Shown: positions 50,801 to 64,000 of the stretch, one piece after another
Position numbering within the stretch: position 1 is the stretch's first letter
Layout of the letters: each line of letters starts with the position of its first letter
Assembly: GCA_964036045.1 (NCBI GenBank)
Contig: OZ038378.1
Coordinates: 171,244,001 to 171,308,000 of the forward strand
Source: Eutreptiella sp. 'Long Island Sound 2002'
Lineage: Eukaryota > Protista > Euglenida
Length of the DNA: 64,000 nt
Direction: 5' to 3'
The notes under the pieces: generated by a model
What the model saw: the letters and a program-made list of their open reading frames with translations, nothing else
Databases searched by the model: none
What the model was told of the DNA's origin: nothing
Made by a program: the position numbers and the translations under genes

Positions 50801-53800
50801 GCATACAATGTCACAGCATATGACATCAATCCTAAAATGTGAGCCCCTCTGCACCTGTGAAACTACTGCACATGACACAGAGTAACACCCATTGCGTACA
50901 ATGCAAAGAGCAAATATCTCCGGATCATCCGGAAGAGTGTACGCCATTAGCACACGTCACTCCTTCACATGAGCCCTAAGCATTGTTGCAGATTCGTATC
51001 ACATCAAACATTGACACAATCAGGTGGTGTTTGATAATCATTTGCTCAGGCAGTCCTCAACCAAAATATCATCATCCGAATCTCATGCATCGAGCCGTAG
51101 ACCAACAGATTGCAATGAACCAACACGGATGTTGAACGATCAATGGAAAACAGATTTGCAACCCCTTCAGCAGTGCAACGTATCCCAATCGCTGAAGCCC
51201 AATGCCACAGGTTCGGCGTGGCAGTGCGTAATGGCATTATCAGGTGGTATTTTATAATCACGATGTCAATAGTCCTCAACCAAGATTTCATCATCTGCAC
51301 ACCATCACTCGACTCCTGCACCAAGCACCTCAAAGCATACAATGTCACAGCATATGACATCAATCCTAAAATGTGAGCCCCTCTGCACCTGCTGAATTAC
51401 TGCACATGACACAGAGTAACACTCATTGCGTACAATGCAAAGATCGAATATCTCCGGATCATCCGGAAGAGTGTACGCCATTAGCACACGTCACTCCTTC
51501 ACATGAGCCCTAAGCATTGTTGCAGATTCGTATCACATCAAACATTGACACAATCAGGTGGTGTTTGATAATCATTTGCTCAGGCAGTCCTCAACCAACA
51601 TATCATCATCCGAATCTCATGCATCGAGCCGTAGACCAACAGATTGCAATGAACCAACACGGATGTTGAAGGATCAATGGAAAACAGGTTTCCAACCCCT
51701 TCAGCAGTGCAACGCATCCCAATCGCTGAAACCAAATGCCACAGGTTCGGCGTGGTAGTGCGTAATGGCATTATCAGGTGGTATTTCATAATCAGGATGT
51801 CAATAGTCCTCAACCAAGATTTCATCATCTGCACACCATCACTCGACTCCTGCACCAAGCACCTCAAAGCATACAATGTCACAGCATATGACATCAATCC
51901 TAAAATGTGAGCCCCTCTGCACCTGCTGAACTACTGCACATGACACAGAGTAACACCCATTGCGTACAATGCAAAGATTGAATATCTCCGGATCATCCGG
52001 AAGAGTGTACGCCATTAGCACACGTCACTCCTTCACATGAGCCCTAAGCATTGTTGCAGATTCGTATCACATCAAACATTGACACAATCAGGTGGTGTTT
52101 GATAATCATTTGCTCAGGCAGTCCTCAACCAAAATATCATCATCCGAATCTCATGCATCGAGCCGTAGACCAACAGATTGCAATGAACCAACACGGATGT
52201 TGAAGGATCAATGGAAAACAGGTTTGCAACCCCTTCAGCAGTGCAACGCATCCCAATCGCTGAAACCAAATGCCACAGGTTCGGCGTGGCAGTGCGTAAT
52301 GGCATTATCAGGTGGTATTTCATAATCAGGATGTCAATAGTCCTCAACCAAGATTTCATCGTCTGCACACCATCACTCGACTCCTGCACCAAGCACCTCA
52401 AAGCATACAATGTCACAGCATATGACATCAATCCTAAAATGTGAGCCCCTCTGCACCTGCTGAACTACTGCACATGACACAGAGTAACACCCATTGCGTA
52501 CAATGCAAAGATCGAATATCTCCGGATCATCCGGAAGAGTGTACGCCATTAGCACACGTCACTCCTTCACATGAGCCCTAAGCATTGTTGCAGATTCGTA
52601 TCACATCAAACATTGACACAATCAGGTGGTGTTTGATAATCATTTGCTCAGGCAGTCCTCAACCAAAATATCATCATCCGAATCTCATGCATCGAGCCGT
52701 AGACCAACAGATTGCAATGAACCAACACGGATGTTGAAGGATCAATGGAAAACAGGTTTGCAACCCCTTCAGCAGTGCAACGCATCCCAATCGCTGAAAA
52801 CAACTGCCACAGGTTCGGCATGGCAGTGCGTAATGGCATTATCAGGTGGTATTTTATAATCAGGATGTCAATAGTCCTCAACCAAGATTTCATCATCTGC
52901 ACACCATCACTCGACTCCTGCACCAAGCACCTCAAAGCATACAATGTCACAGCATATGACATCAATCCTAAAATGTGAGCCCCTCTGCACCTGCTGAACT
53001 ACTGCACATGACACAGAGTAACACCCATTGCGTACAATGCAAAGATCGAATATCTCCGGATCATCCGGAAGAGTGTACGCCATTAGCACACGTCACTCCT
53101 TCACATGAGCCCTAAGCATTGTTGCAGATTCGTATCACATCAAACATTGACACAATCAGGTGGTGTTTGATAATCATTTGCTCAGGCAGTCCTCAACCAA
53201 AATATCATCATCCGAATCTCATGCATCGAGCCGTAGACCACCAGATTAGAATGAACCAACACGGATGTTGAACGATCAATGGAAAACAGATTTGCAACCC
53301 CTTCAGCAGTGCAAAGCATCCCAATCGCTGAAACCCAATGCCACAGGTTCGGCGTGGCAGTGCGTAATGGCATCATCAGGTGGTATTTTATAATCAGGAT
53401 GTCAATAGTCCTCAACCAAGATTTCATCATCTGCACACCATCACTCGACTCCTGCACCAAGCACCTCAAAGCATACAATGTCACAGCATATGACATCAAT
53501 CCTAAAATGTGAGCCCCTCTGCACCTGTGAAACTACTGCACATGACACAGAGTAACACCCATTGCGTATCGATGGAATACCTCCGGATCATCCGGGAGAG
53601 TGTACGCCATTAGCACACGTCACTCCTTCACATGAGCCCTAAGCATTGTTGCAGATTCGTATCACATCAAACATTGACACAATCAGGTGGTGTTTGATAA
53701 TCAGTTGCTCAGGCAGTCCTCAACCAAAATATCATCATCCGAATCTCATGAATCGAGCCGTAGACCAACAGATTGCAATGAACCAACACGGATGTTGAAC

Positions 53801-56800
53801 GATCAATGGAAAACAGGTTTGCAACCCCTTCAGCAGTGCAACATATCCCAATCGCTGAAACCCAATGCCACAGGTTCGGCGTGGCAGTGCGTAATGGCAT
53901 TATCAGGTGGTATTTTATAATCAGGATGTCAATAGTCCTCAACCAAGATTTCATCATCTGCACACCATCACTCGACTCCTGCACCAAGCACCTCAAAGCA
54001 TACAATGTCACAGCATATGACATCAATCCTAAAATGTGAGCCCCTCTGCACCTGCTGAACTACTGCACATGACACAGAAACACCCATTGTGTATCCATCG
54101 AATATCTCCGGATCATCCGGAAGAGTGTACGCCATTAGCACACGTCACTCCTTCACATGAGCTCTAAGCATTGTTGCAGATTCGTAACACATCAAACATT
54201 GACACAATCAGGTGGTGTTTGATAATCATTTGCTCAGGCAGTCCTCAACCAAAATATCATCATCCGAATCTCATGCATCGAGCCGTAGACCAACAGATTG
54301 CAATGAACCAACACGGATGTTGAAGGATCAATGAAAAAACAGGTTTGCAACCCCTTCAGCAGTGCAACGCATCCCAATCGCTGAAAACCACTGCCACAGG
54401 TTCGGCATGGTAGTGCGTAATGGCATTATCAGGTGGTATTTTATAATCACGATGTCAATAGTCCTCAACCAAGATTTCATCATCTGCACACCATCACTCG
54501 ACTCCTGCACCAAGCACCTCAAAGCATACAATGTCACAGCATATGACATCAATCCTAAAATGTGAGCCCCTCTGCACCTGTGGAACTACTGCACATGACA
54601 CAGAAACACCCATTGCGTACAATGCAAAGATCGAATATCTCCGGATCATCCGGCAAAGTTTACGCCATTAGCACACGTCACTCCTTCACATGAGCCCTAA
54701 GCATTGTTGCAGATTCGTATCACATCAAACATTGACACAATCAGGTGGTGTTTGATAATCATTTGCTCAGGCAGTCCTCAACCAAAATATCATCATCCGA
54801 ATCTCATGCATCGAGCCGTAGACCAACAGATTGCAATGAACCAACACGAATGTTGAAGGATCAATGGAAAACAGGTTTGCAACCCCTTCAGCAGTGCAAC
54901 GCATCCCAATCGCTGAAAACAACTGCCACAGGTTCGGCGTGGTAGTGCGTAATGGCATTATCAGGTGGTATTTTATAATCACGATGTCAATAGTCCTCAA
55001 CCGAGATTTCATCATCTGCACACCATCACTCGACTCCTGCACCAAGCACCTCAAAGCATACAATGTCACAGCATATGACATCAATCCTAAAATGTGAGCC
55101 CCTCTGCACCTGCTGAACTACTGCATATGACACAGAAACACCTCTGGTGTATCGATCGAATATCTCCGGATCATCCGGAAGAGTGTACGCCATTAGCACA
55201 CGTCACTCCTTCACATGAGCCCTAAGCATTGTTGCAGATTTGTATCACATCAAACATTGACACAATCAGGTGGTGTTTGATAATCATTTGCTCAGGCAGT
55301 CCTCAACCAAAATATCATCATCCGAATCTCATGCATCGAGCCGTAGACCAACAGATTGCAATGAACCAACACGGATACTGAACGATCAATGAAAAAACAG
55401 GTTTGCAACCCCTTCAGCAGTGCAACGCATCCCAATCGCTGAAAACAACTGCCACAGGTTCGGCATGGTAGTGCGTGATGGCATTATCAGGTGGTATTTT
55501 ATAATCAGGATGTCAATAGTCCTCAACCAAGATTTCATCATCTGCACACCATCACTCGACTCCTGCACCAAGCACCTCAAAGCATACAATGTCACAGCAT
55601 ATGACATCAATCCTAAAATGTGAGCCCCTCTGCACCTGCTGAATTACTGCACATGACACAGAGTAACACCCATTGCGTACAATGCAAAGATCGAATATCT
55701 CCGGATCATCCGGGAGAGTGTATGCCATTAGCACACGTCACTCCTTCACATGAGCCCTAAGCATTGTTGCAGATTCGTATCACATCAAACATTGACACAA
55801 TCAGGTGGTGTTTGATAATCATTTGCTCAGGCAGTCCTCAACCAAAATATCATCATCCGAATCTCATGCATCGAGCCGTAGACCAACAGATTGCAATGAA
55901 CCAACACGGATGTTGAACGATCAATGGAAAACAGGTTTGCAACCCCTTCAGCAGTGCAACGCATCCCAATCGCTGAAACCAAATGCCACAGGTTCGGCGT
56001 GGCAGTGCGTAATGGCATTATCAGGTGGTATTTTATAATCAGGATGTCAATAGTCCTCAACCAAGATTTCATCATCTGCACACCATCACTCGACTCCTGC
56101 ACCAAGCACCTCAAAGCATACAATGTCACAGCATATGACATCAATCCTAAAATGTGAGCCCCTCTGCACCTGTGGAACTACTGCACATGACACAGAGTAA
56201 CACCCATTGCGTACAATGCAAAGATCGAATATCTCCGGATCATCCGGAAGAGTGTACGCCATTAGCACACGTCACTCCTTCACATGAGCCCTAAGCATTG
56301 TTGCAGATTCGTAACACATCAAACATTGACACAATCAGGTGGTGTTTGATAATCATTTGCTCAGGCAGTCCTCAACCAAAATATCATCATCCGAATCTCA
56401 TGCATCGAGCCGTAGACCAACAGATTAGAATGAACCAACACGGATGTTGAACGATCAATGGAAAACAGGTTTGCAACCCCTTCAGCAGTGCAACGCATCC
56501 CCATCGCTGAAAACCACTGCCACAGGTTCGGCATGGTAGTGCGTAATGGCATTATCAGGTGGTATTTTATAATCAGGATGTCAATAGTCCTCAACCAAGA
56601 TTTCATCATCTGCACACCATCACTCGACTCCTGCACCAAGCACCTCAAAGCATACAATGTCACAGCATATGACATCAATCCTAAAATGTGAGCCCCTCTG
56701 CACCTGTGGAACTACTGCACATGACACAGAAACACCCATTGCGTACAATGCAAAGATCGAATATCTCCGGATCATCCGGAAGAGTGTACGCCATTAGCAC

Positions 56801-59800
56801 ACGTCACTCCTTCACATGAGCCCTAAGCATTGTTGCAGATTCGTAACACATCAAACATTGACACAATCAGGTGGTGTTTGATAATCATTTGCTCAGGCAG
56901 TCCTCAACCAAAATATCATCATCCGAATCTCATGCATCGAGCCGTAGACCAACAGATTAGAATGAACCAACACGGATGTTGAACGATCAATGGAAAACAG
57001 GTTTCCAACCCCTTCAGCAGTGCAACGCATCCCAATCGCTGAAAACAACTGCCACAGGTTCGGCGTGGTAGTGCGTAATGGCATTATCAGGTGGTATTTT
57101 ATAATCAGGATGTCAATAGTCCTCAACCAAGATTTCATCATCTGCACACCATCACTCGACTCCTGCACCAAGCACCTCAAAGCATACAATGTCACAGCAT
57201 ATGACATCAATCCTAAAATGTGAGCCCCTCTGCACCTGTGGAACTACTGCACATGACACAAAGAAACACCCATTGCGTACAATGCAAAGATCGAATATCT
57301 CCGGATCATCCGGAAGAGTGTACGCCATTAGCACACGTCACTCCTTCACATGAGCTCTAAGCATTGTTGCAGATTCGTATCACATCAAACATTGACACAA
57401 TCAGGTGGTGTTTGATAATCATTTGCTCAGGCAGTCCTCAACCAAAATATCATCATCCGAATCTCATGCATCGAGCCGTAGACCAACAGATTGCAATGAA
57501 CCAACACGGATGTTGAACGATCAATGGAAAACAGGTTTGCAACCCCTTCAGCAGTGCAAAGCATCCCAATCGCTGAAAACCACTGCCACAGGTTCGGCAT
57601 GGTAGTGCGTAATGGCATTATCAGGTGGTATTTTATAATCAGGATGTCAATAGTCCTCAACCAAGATTTCATCATCTGCACACCATCACTCGACTCCTGC
57701 ACCAAGCACCTCAAAGCATACAATGTCACAGCATATGACATCAATCCTAAAATGTGAGCCCCTCTGCACCTGTGGAACTACTGCACATGACACAGAGAAA
57801 CACCCATTGCGTACAATGCAAAGAGCGAATATCTCCGGATCATCCGGAAGAGTGTACGCCATTAGCACACGTCACTCCTTCACATGAGCCCTAAGCATTG
57901 TTGCAGATTCGTATCACATCAAACATTGACACAATCAGGTGGTGTTTGATAATCATTTGCTCAGGCAGTCCTCAACCAAAATATCATCATCCGAATCTCA
58001 TGCATCGAGCCGTAGACCAACAGATTGCAATGAACCAACACGGATGTTGAAGGATCAATGGAAAACAGGTTTGCAACCCCTTCAGCAGTGCAAAGCATCC
58101 CAATCGCTAAAAACCACTGCCACAGGTTCGGCGTGGTAGTGCGTAATGGCATTATCAGGTGGTATTTTATAATCAGGATGTCAATAGTCCTCAACCAAGA
58201 TTTCATCATCTGCACACCATCACTCGACTCCTGCACCAAGCACCTCAAAGCATACAATGTCACAGCATATGACATCAATCCTAAAATGTGAGCCCCTCTG
58301 CACCTGCTGAACTACTGCACATGACACAGAAACACCTCTGGTGTATCAATCGAATATCTCCGGATCATCCGGAAGAGTGTACGCCATTAGCACACGTCAC
58401 TCCTTCACATGAGCCCTAAGCATTGTTGCAGATTCGTATCACATCAAACATTGACACAATCAGGTGGTGTTTGATAATCATTTGCTCAGGCAGTCCTCAA
58501 CCAAAATATCATCATCCGAATCTCATGCATCGAGCCGTAGACCAACAGATTGCAATGAACCAACACGGATGTTGAACGATCAATGAAAAAACAGGTTTGC
58601 AACCCCTTCAGCAGTGCAACGCATCCCAATCGCTGAAACCAAATGCCACAGGTTCGGCATGGTAGTGCGTAATGGCATTATCAGGTGGTATTTTATAATC
58701 AGGATGTCAATAGTCCTCAACCAAGATTTCGTCATCTGCACACCATCACTCGACTCCTGCACCAAGCACCTCAAAGCATACAATGTCACAGCATATGACA
58801 TCAATCCTAAAATGTGAGCCCCTCTGCACCTGCTGAATTACTGCACATGACACAGAGTAACACCCATTGCGTACAATGCAAAGATCGAATATCTCCGGAT
58901 CATCCGGGAGAGTGTACGCCATTAGCACATGTCACTCCTTCACATGAGCTCTAAGCATTGTTGCAGATTTGTATCACATCAAACATTGACACAATCAGGT
59001 GGTGTTTGATAATCATTTGCTCAGGCAGTCCTCAACCAAAATATCATCATCCGAATCTCATGCATCGAGCCGTAGACCAACAGATTGCAATGAACCAACA
59101 CGGATGTTGAACGATCAATGAAAAAACAGGTTTGCAACCCCTTCAGCAGTGCAACGCATCCCAATCGCTGAAAACAACTGCCACAGGTTCGGCGTGGCAG
59201 TGCGTAATGGCATTATCAGGTGGTATTTTATAATCAGGATGTCAATAGTCCTCAACCAAGATTTCATCATCTGCACACCATCACTCGACTCCTGCACCAA
59301 GCACCTCAAAGCATACAATGTCACAGCATATGACATCAATCCTAAAATGTGAGCCCCTCTGCACCTGTGGGACTACTGCACATGACACAGAGTAACACCC
59401 ATTGCGTACAATGCAAAGAGCGAATATCTCCGGATCATCCGGAAGAGTGTACGCCATTAGCACACGTCACTCCTTCACATGAGCCCTAAGCATTGTTGCA
59501 GATTCGTATCACATCAAACATTGACACAATCAGGTGGTGTTTGATAATCATTTGCTCAGGCAGTCCTCAACCAAAATATCATCATCCGAATCTCATGCAT
59601 CGAGCCGTAGACCAACAGATTGCGATGAACCAACACGGATGTTGAAGGATCAATGAAAAAACAGGTTTGCAACCCCTTCAGCAGTGCAAAGCATCCCAAT
59701 CGCTGAAAACAACTGCCAGAAGTTCGGCGTGGCAGTGCGTAATGGCATTATCAGGTGGTATTTTATAATCAGGATGTCAATAGTCCTCAACCAAGATTTC

Positions 59801-62800
59801 ATCATCTGCACACCATCACTCGACTCCTGCACCAAGCACCTCAAAGCATACAATGTCACAGCATATGACATCAATCCTAAAATGTGAGCCCCTCTGCACC
59901 TGTGGAACTACTGCACATGACACAGAGAAACACCCATTGCGTACAATGCAAAGATCGAATATCTCCGGATCATCCGGAAGAGTGTACGCCATTAGCACAC
60001 GTCACTCCTTCACATGAGCCCTAAGCATTGTTGCAGATTCGTATCACATCAAACATTGACACAATCAGGTGGTGTTTGATAATCATTTGCTCAGGCAGTC
60101 CTCAACCAAAATATCATCATCCGAATCTCATGCATCGAGCCGTAGACCAACAGATTGCAATGAACCAACACGGATGTTGAACGATCAATGGAAAACAGGT
60201 TTGCAACCCCTTCAGCAGTGCAACGTATCCCAATCGCTGAAAACCACTGCCACAGGTTCGGCGTGGTAGTGCGTAATGGCATTATCAGGTGGTATTTTAT
60301 AATCACGATGTCAATAGTCCTCAACCAAGATTTCATCATCTGCACACCATCACTCGACTCCTGCACCAAGCACCTCAAAGCATACAATGTCACAGCATAT
60401 GACAGCAATCCTAAAATGCGAGCCCCTCTGCACCTGCTGAACTACTGCATATGACACAGAAACACCTCTGGTGTATCGATCGAATATCTCCGGATCATCC
60501 GGAAGAGTGTACGCCATTAGCACACGTCACTCCTTCACATGAGCCCTAAGCATTGTTGCAGATTCGTATCACATCAAACATTGACACAATCAGGTGGTGT
60601 TTGATAATCATTTGCTTAGGCAGTCCTCAACCAAAATATCATCATCCGAATCTCATGCATCGAGCTGTAGACCAACAGATTGCAATGAACCAACACGGAT
60701 GTTGAGCGATCAATGGAAAACAGGTTTGCAACCCCTTCAGCAGTGCAACGCATCCCCATCGCTGAAAACAACTGCCACAGGTTAGGCGTGGCAGTGCGTA
60801 ATGGCATTATCAGGTGGTATTTTATAATCAGGATGTCAATAGTCCTCAACCAAGATTTCATCATCTGCACACCATCACTCGACTCCTGCACCAAGCACCT
60901 CAAAGCATACAATGTCACAGCATATGACATCAATCCTAAAATGTGAGCCCCTCTGCACCTGCTGAACTACTGCATATGACACAGAAACACCTCTGGTGTA
61001 TCGATAGAATATCTCCGGATCATCCGGGAGAGTGTACGCCATTAGCACACGTCACTCCTTCACATGAGCCCTAAGCATTGTTGCAGATTCGTATCACATC
61101 AAACATTGACACAATCAGGTGGTGTTTGATAATCATTTGCTCAGGCAGTCCTCAACCAAAATATCATCATCCGAATCTCATGCATCGAGCCGTAGACCAA
61201 CAGATTGCAATGAACCAACACGGATGTTGAACGATCAATGGAAAACAGGTTTGCAACCCCTTCAGCAGTGCAATGCATCCCAATCGCTGAAAACAACTGC
61301 CACAGGTTCGGCGTGGCAGTGCGTAATGGCATTATCAGGTGGTATTTTATAATCAGGATGTCAATAGTCCTCAACCAAGATTTCATCATCTGCACACCAT
61401 CACTCGACTCCTGCACCAAGCACCTCAAAGCATACAATGTCACAGCATATGACATCAATCCTAAAATGTGAGCCCCTCTGCACCTGCTGAACTACTGCAC
61501 ATGACACAGAGTAACACCCATTGCGTACAATGCAAAGATCGAATATCTCCGGATCATCCGGAAGAGTGTACGCCATTAGCACACGTCACTCCTTCACATG
61601 AGCCCTAAGCATTGTTGCAGATTCGTATCACATCAAACATTGACACAATCAGGTGGTGTTTGATAATCATTTGCTCAGGCAGTCCTCAACCAAAATATCA
61701 TCATCCGAATCTCATGCATCGAGCCGTAGACCAACAGATTGCAATGAACCAACACGGATGTTGAAGGATCAATGAAAAAACAGGTTTGCAACCCCTTCAG
61801 CAGTGCAACGCATCCCCATCGCTGAAACCAAATGCCACAGGTTCGGCATGGTAGTGCGTAATGGCATTATCAGGTGGTATTTTATAATCAGGATGTCAAT
61901 AGTCCTCAACCAAGATTTCATCATCTGCACACCATCACTCGACTCCTGCACCAAGCACCTCAAAGCATACAATGTCACAGCATGTGACAGCAATCCTAAA
62001 ATGTGAGCCCCTCTGCACCTGTGGAACTACTGCATATGACACACAATTACCTCTGGTGTATCGATCGAATATCTCCGGATCATCCGGGAGAGTGTACGCC
62101 ATTAGCACACGTCACTCCTTCACATGAGCCCTAAGCATTGTTGCAGATTTGTATCACATCAAACATTGACACAATCAGGTGGTGTTTGATAATCATTTGC
62201 TCAGGCAGTCCTCAACCAAAATATCATCATCCGAATCTCATGCATCGAGCCGTAGACCAACAGATTGCAATGAACCAACACGGATGTTGAACGATCAATG
62301 GAAAACAGGTTTGCAACCCCTTCAGCAGTGCAACGCATCCCCATCGCTGAAAACAACTGCCAGAGGTTCGGCGTGGTAGTGCGTAATGGCATTATCAGGT
62401 GGTATTTTATAATCAGGATGTCAATAGTCCTCAACCAAGATTTCATCATCTGCACACCATCACTCGACTCCTGCACCAAGCACCTCAAAGCATACAATGT
62501 CACAGCATATGACATCAATCCTAAAATGTGAGCCCCTCTGCACCTGCTGAACTACTGCATATGACACAGAAACACCTCTGGTGTATCGATCGAATATCTC
62601 CGGATCATCCGGGAGAGTGTACGCCATTAGCACACGTCACTCCTTCACATGAGCCCTAAGCATTGTTGCAGATTCGTATCACATCAAACATTGACACAAT
62701 CAGGTGGTGTTTGATAATCAGTTGCTCAGGCAGTCCTCAACCAAAATATCATCATCCGAATCTCATGCATCGAGCCGTAGACCAACAGATTGCAATGAAC

Positions 62801-64000
62801 CAACACGGATGTTGAACGATCAATGAAAAAACAGGTTTGCAACCCCTTCAGCAGTGCAAAGCATCCCAATCGCTGAAAACAACTGCCAGAGGTTCGGCAT
62901 GGTAGTGCGTAATGGCATTATCAGGTGGTATTTTATAATCAGGATGTCAATAGTCCTCAACCAAGATTTCATCATCTGCACACCATCACTCGACTCCTGC
63001 ACCAAGCACCTCAAAGCATACAATGTCACAGCATATGACATCAATCCTAAAATGTGAGCCCCTCTGCACCTGTGGAACTACTGCACATGACACAGAGAAA
63101 CACCCATTGCGTACAATGCAAAGAGCGAATATCTCCGGATCATCCGGAAGAGTGTACGCCATTAGCACACGTCACTCCTTCACATGAGCCCTAAGCATTG
63201 TTGCAGATTTGTATCACATCAAACATTGACACAATCAGGTGGTGTTTGATAATCATTTGCTCAGGCAGTCCTCAACCAAAATATCATCATCCGAATCTCA
63301 TGCATCGAGCCGTAGACCAACAGATTGCAATGAACCAACACGGATGTTGAACGATCAATGGAAAACAGGTTTGCAACCCCTTCAGCAGTGCAACGCATCC
63401 CCATCGCTGAAAACAACTGCCACAGGTTCGGCATGGTAGTGCGTAATGGCATTATCAGGTGGTATTTTATAATCAGGATGTCAATAGTCCTCAACCAAGA
63501 TTTCATCATCTGCACACCATCACTCGACTCCTGCACCAAGCACCTCAAAGCATACAATGTCACAGCATATGACATCAATCCTAAAATGTGAGCCCCTCTG
63601 CACCTGTGAAACTACTGCACATGACACAGAAACACTCATTGCGTACAATGCAAAGATCGAATATCTCCGGATCATCCGGAAGAGTGTACGCCATTAGCAC
63701 ACGTCACTCCTTCACATGAGCTCTAAGCACACCCTTAAAATAAACACTGGCCCGAGGCTTTTCGGCCAGCGGCCAGTAGACTGTAAATTGTTGTAAATTT
63801 TGTTGTAAATTCCACCTTTTTTTGAGAGAAATCCAAAAAAAATTGTACCTTTTTACTTGTTTTATGCATCCTTCTTCCTACCCATTCCCCAAATGCTTCA
63901 TAAGACACAATTAGTCATTCATGCATATGACCTAGACACCACTAACACCACTCTGCTTGAATGCTGTTTTTTTACAACTCTGGACGTGTGCTGTTTATTC

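Larger units (their letters stand above)
40925..63729 (-). repeat. Intronic tandem array of ~40 units (526-535 bp; six of 723-731 bp), a candidate box C/D snoRNA gene cluster
   Basis: The 534/535-bp period shows in both the sequence and the ORF track; I counted 40 copies of caatcaggtggtgtttga. Box motifs lie on the minus (host-gene) strand. Confidence 0.97.

Noticed and set aside
40841-63591. Repeated 60-126-aa ORFs in the 534-bp array (e.g. MLMAYTLPDDPEIF..., MENRFATPSAV...)
   Set aside because: They overlap on both strands, are often broken by stops or indels between units, show no codon-position bias and have no recognisable domain.
40925-63729. CRISPR array interpretation
   Set aside because: Whole 534-bp units are near-identical with no unique spacers, there are no cas genes, and the context is a eukaryotic intron.
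40925-63729. 5S rRNA / spliced-leader RNA / histone tandem repeat
   Set aside because: I found no 5S, euglenozoan SL exon, snRNA or histone sequence in the unit on either strand.
63730-64000. Promoter or exon just upstream of the array
   Set aside because: No dynein-like frame or recognisable promoter element is visible in these 270 bp; it cannot be supported.

Overview
This window is eukaryotic nuclear DNA, not prokaryotic. All of it lies inside one minus-strand axonemal outer-arm dynein gamma-type heavy chain gene (DNAH5/DNAH8/ODA2 family). I reconstructed 15 exons by hand (3702 nt, 1234 codons, from the AAA3/AAA4 junction through the stalk/MTBD to the start of AAA6). All 14 internal junctions keep the frame: 13 are GT-AG and one is GC-AG. 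Both gene ends lie outside the window. The downstream intron (at least 9.8 kb) is filled with a hierarchical pentanucleotide satellite (ACATT/ACCTT family). The upstream intron (at least 23.4 kb) holds a ~22.8-kb tandem array of ~40 units of ~526-535 bp, six of them ~723-731 bp. Read on the host-gene strand, each unit carries two or three paralogous 55-56-nt modules with box C/D'/C'/D architecture and flanking stems, giving ~87 candidate box C/D snoRNA genes. This array is the most interesting feature. Internal introns carry a plastid-type 16S rRNA fragment, tRNA-Glu-derived elements, a LINE zinc-finger remnant, telomere-like hexamers, a palindromic minisatellite and other dispersed repeats. 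A photosynthetic flagellate such as a euglenid is a plausible source, but that is inference only.
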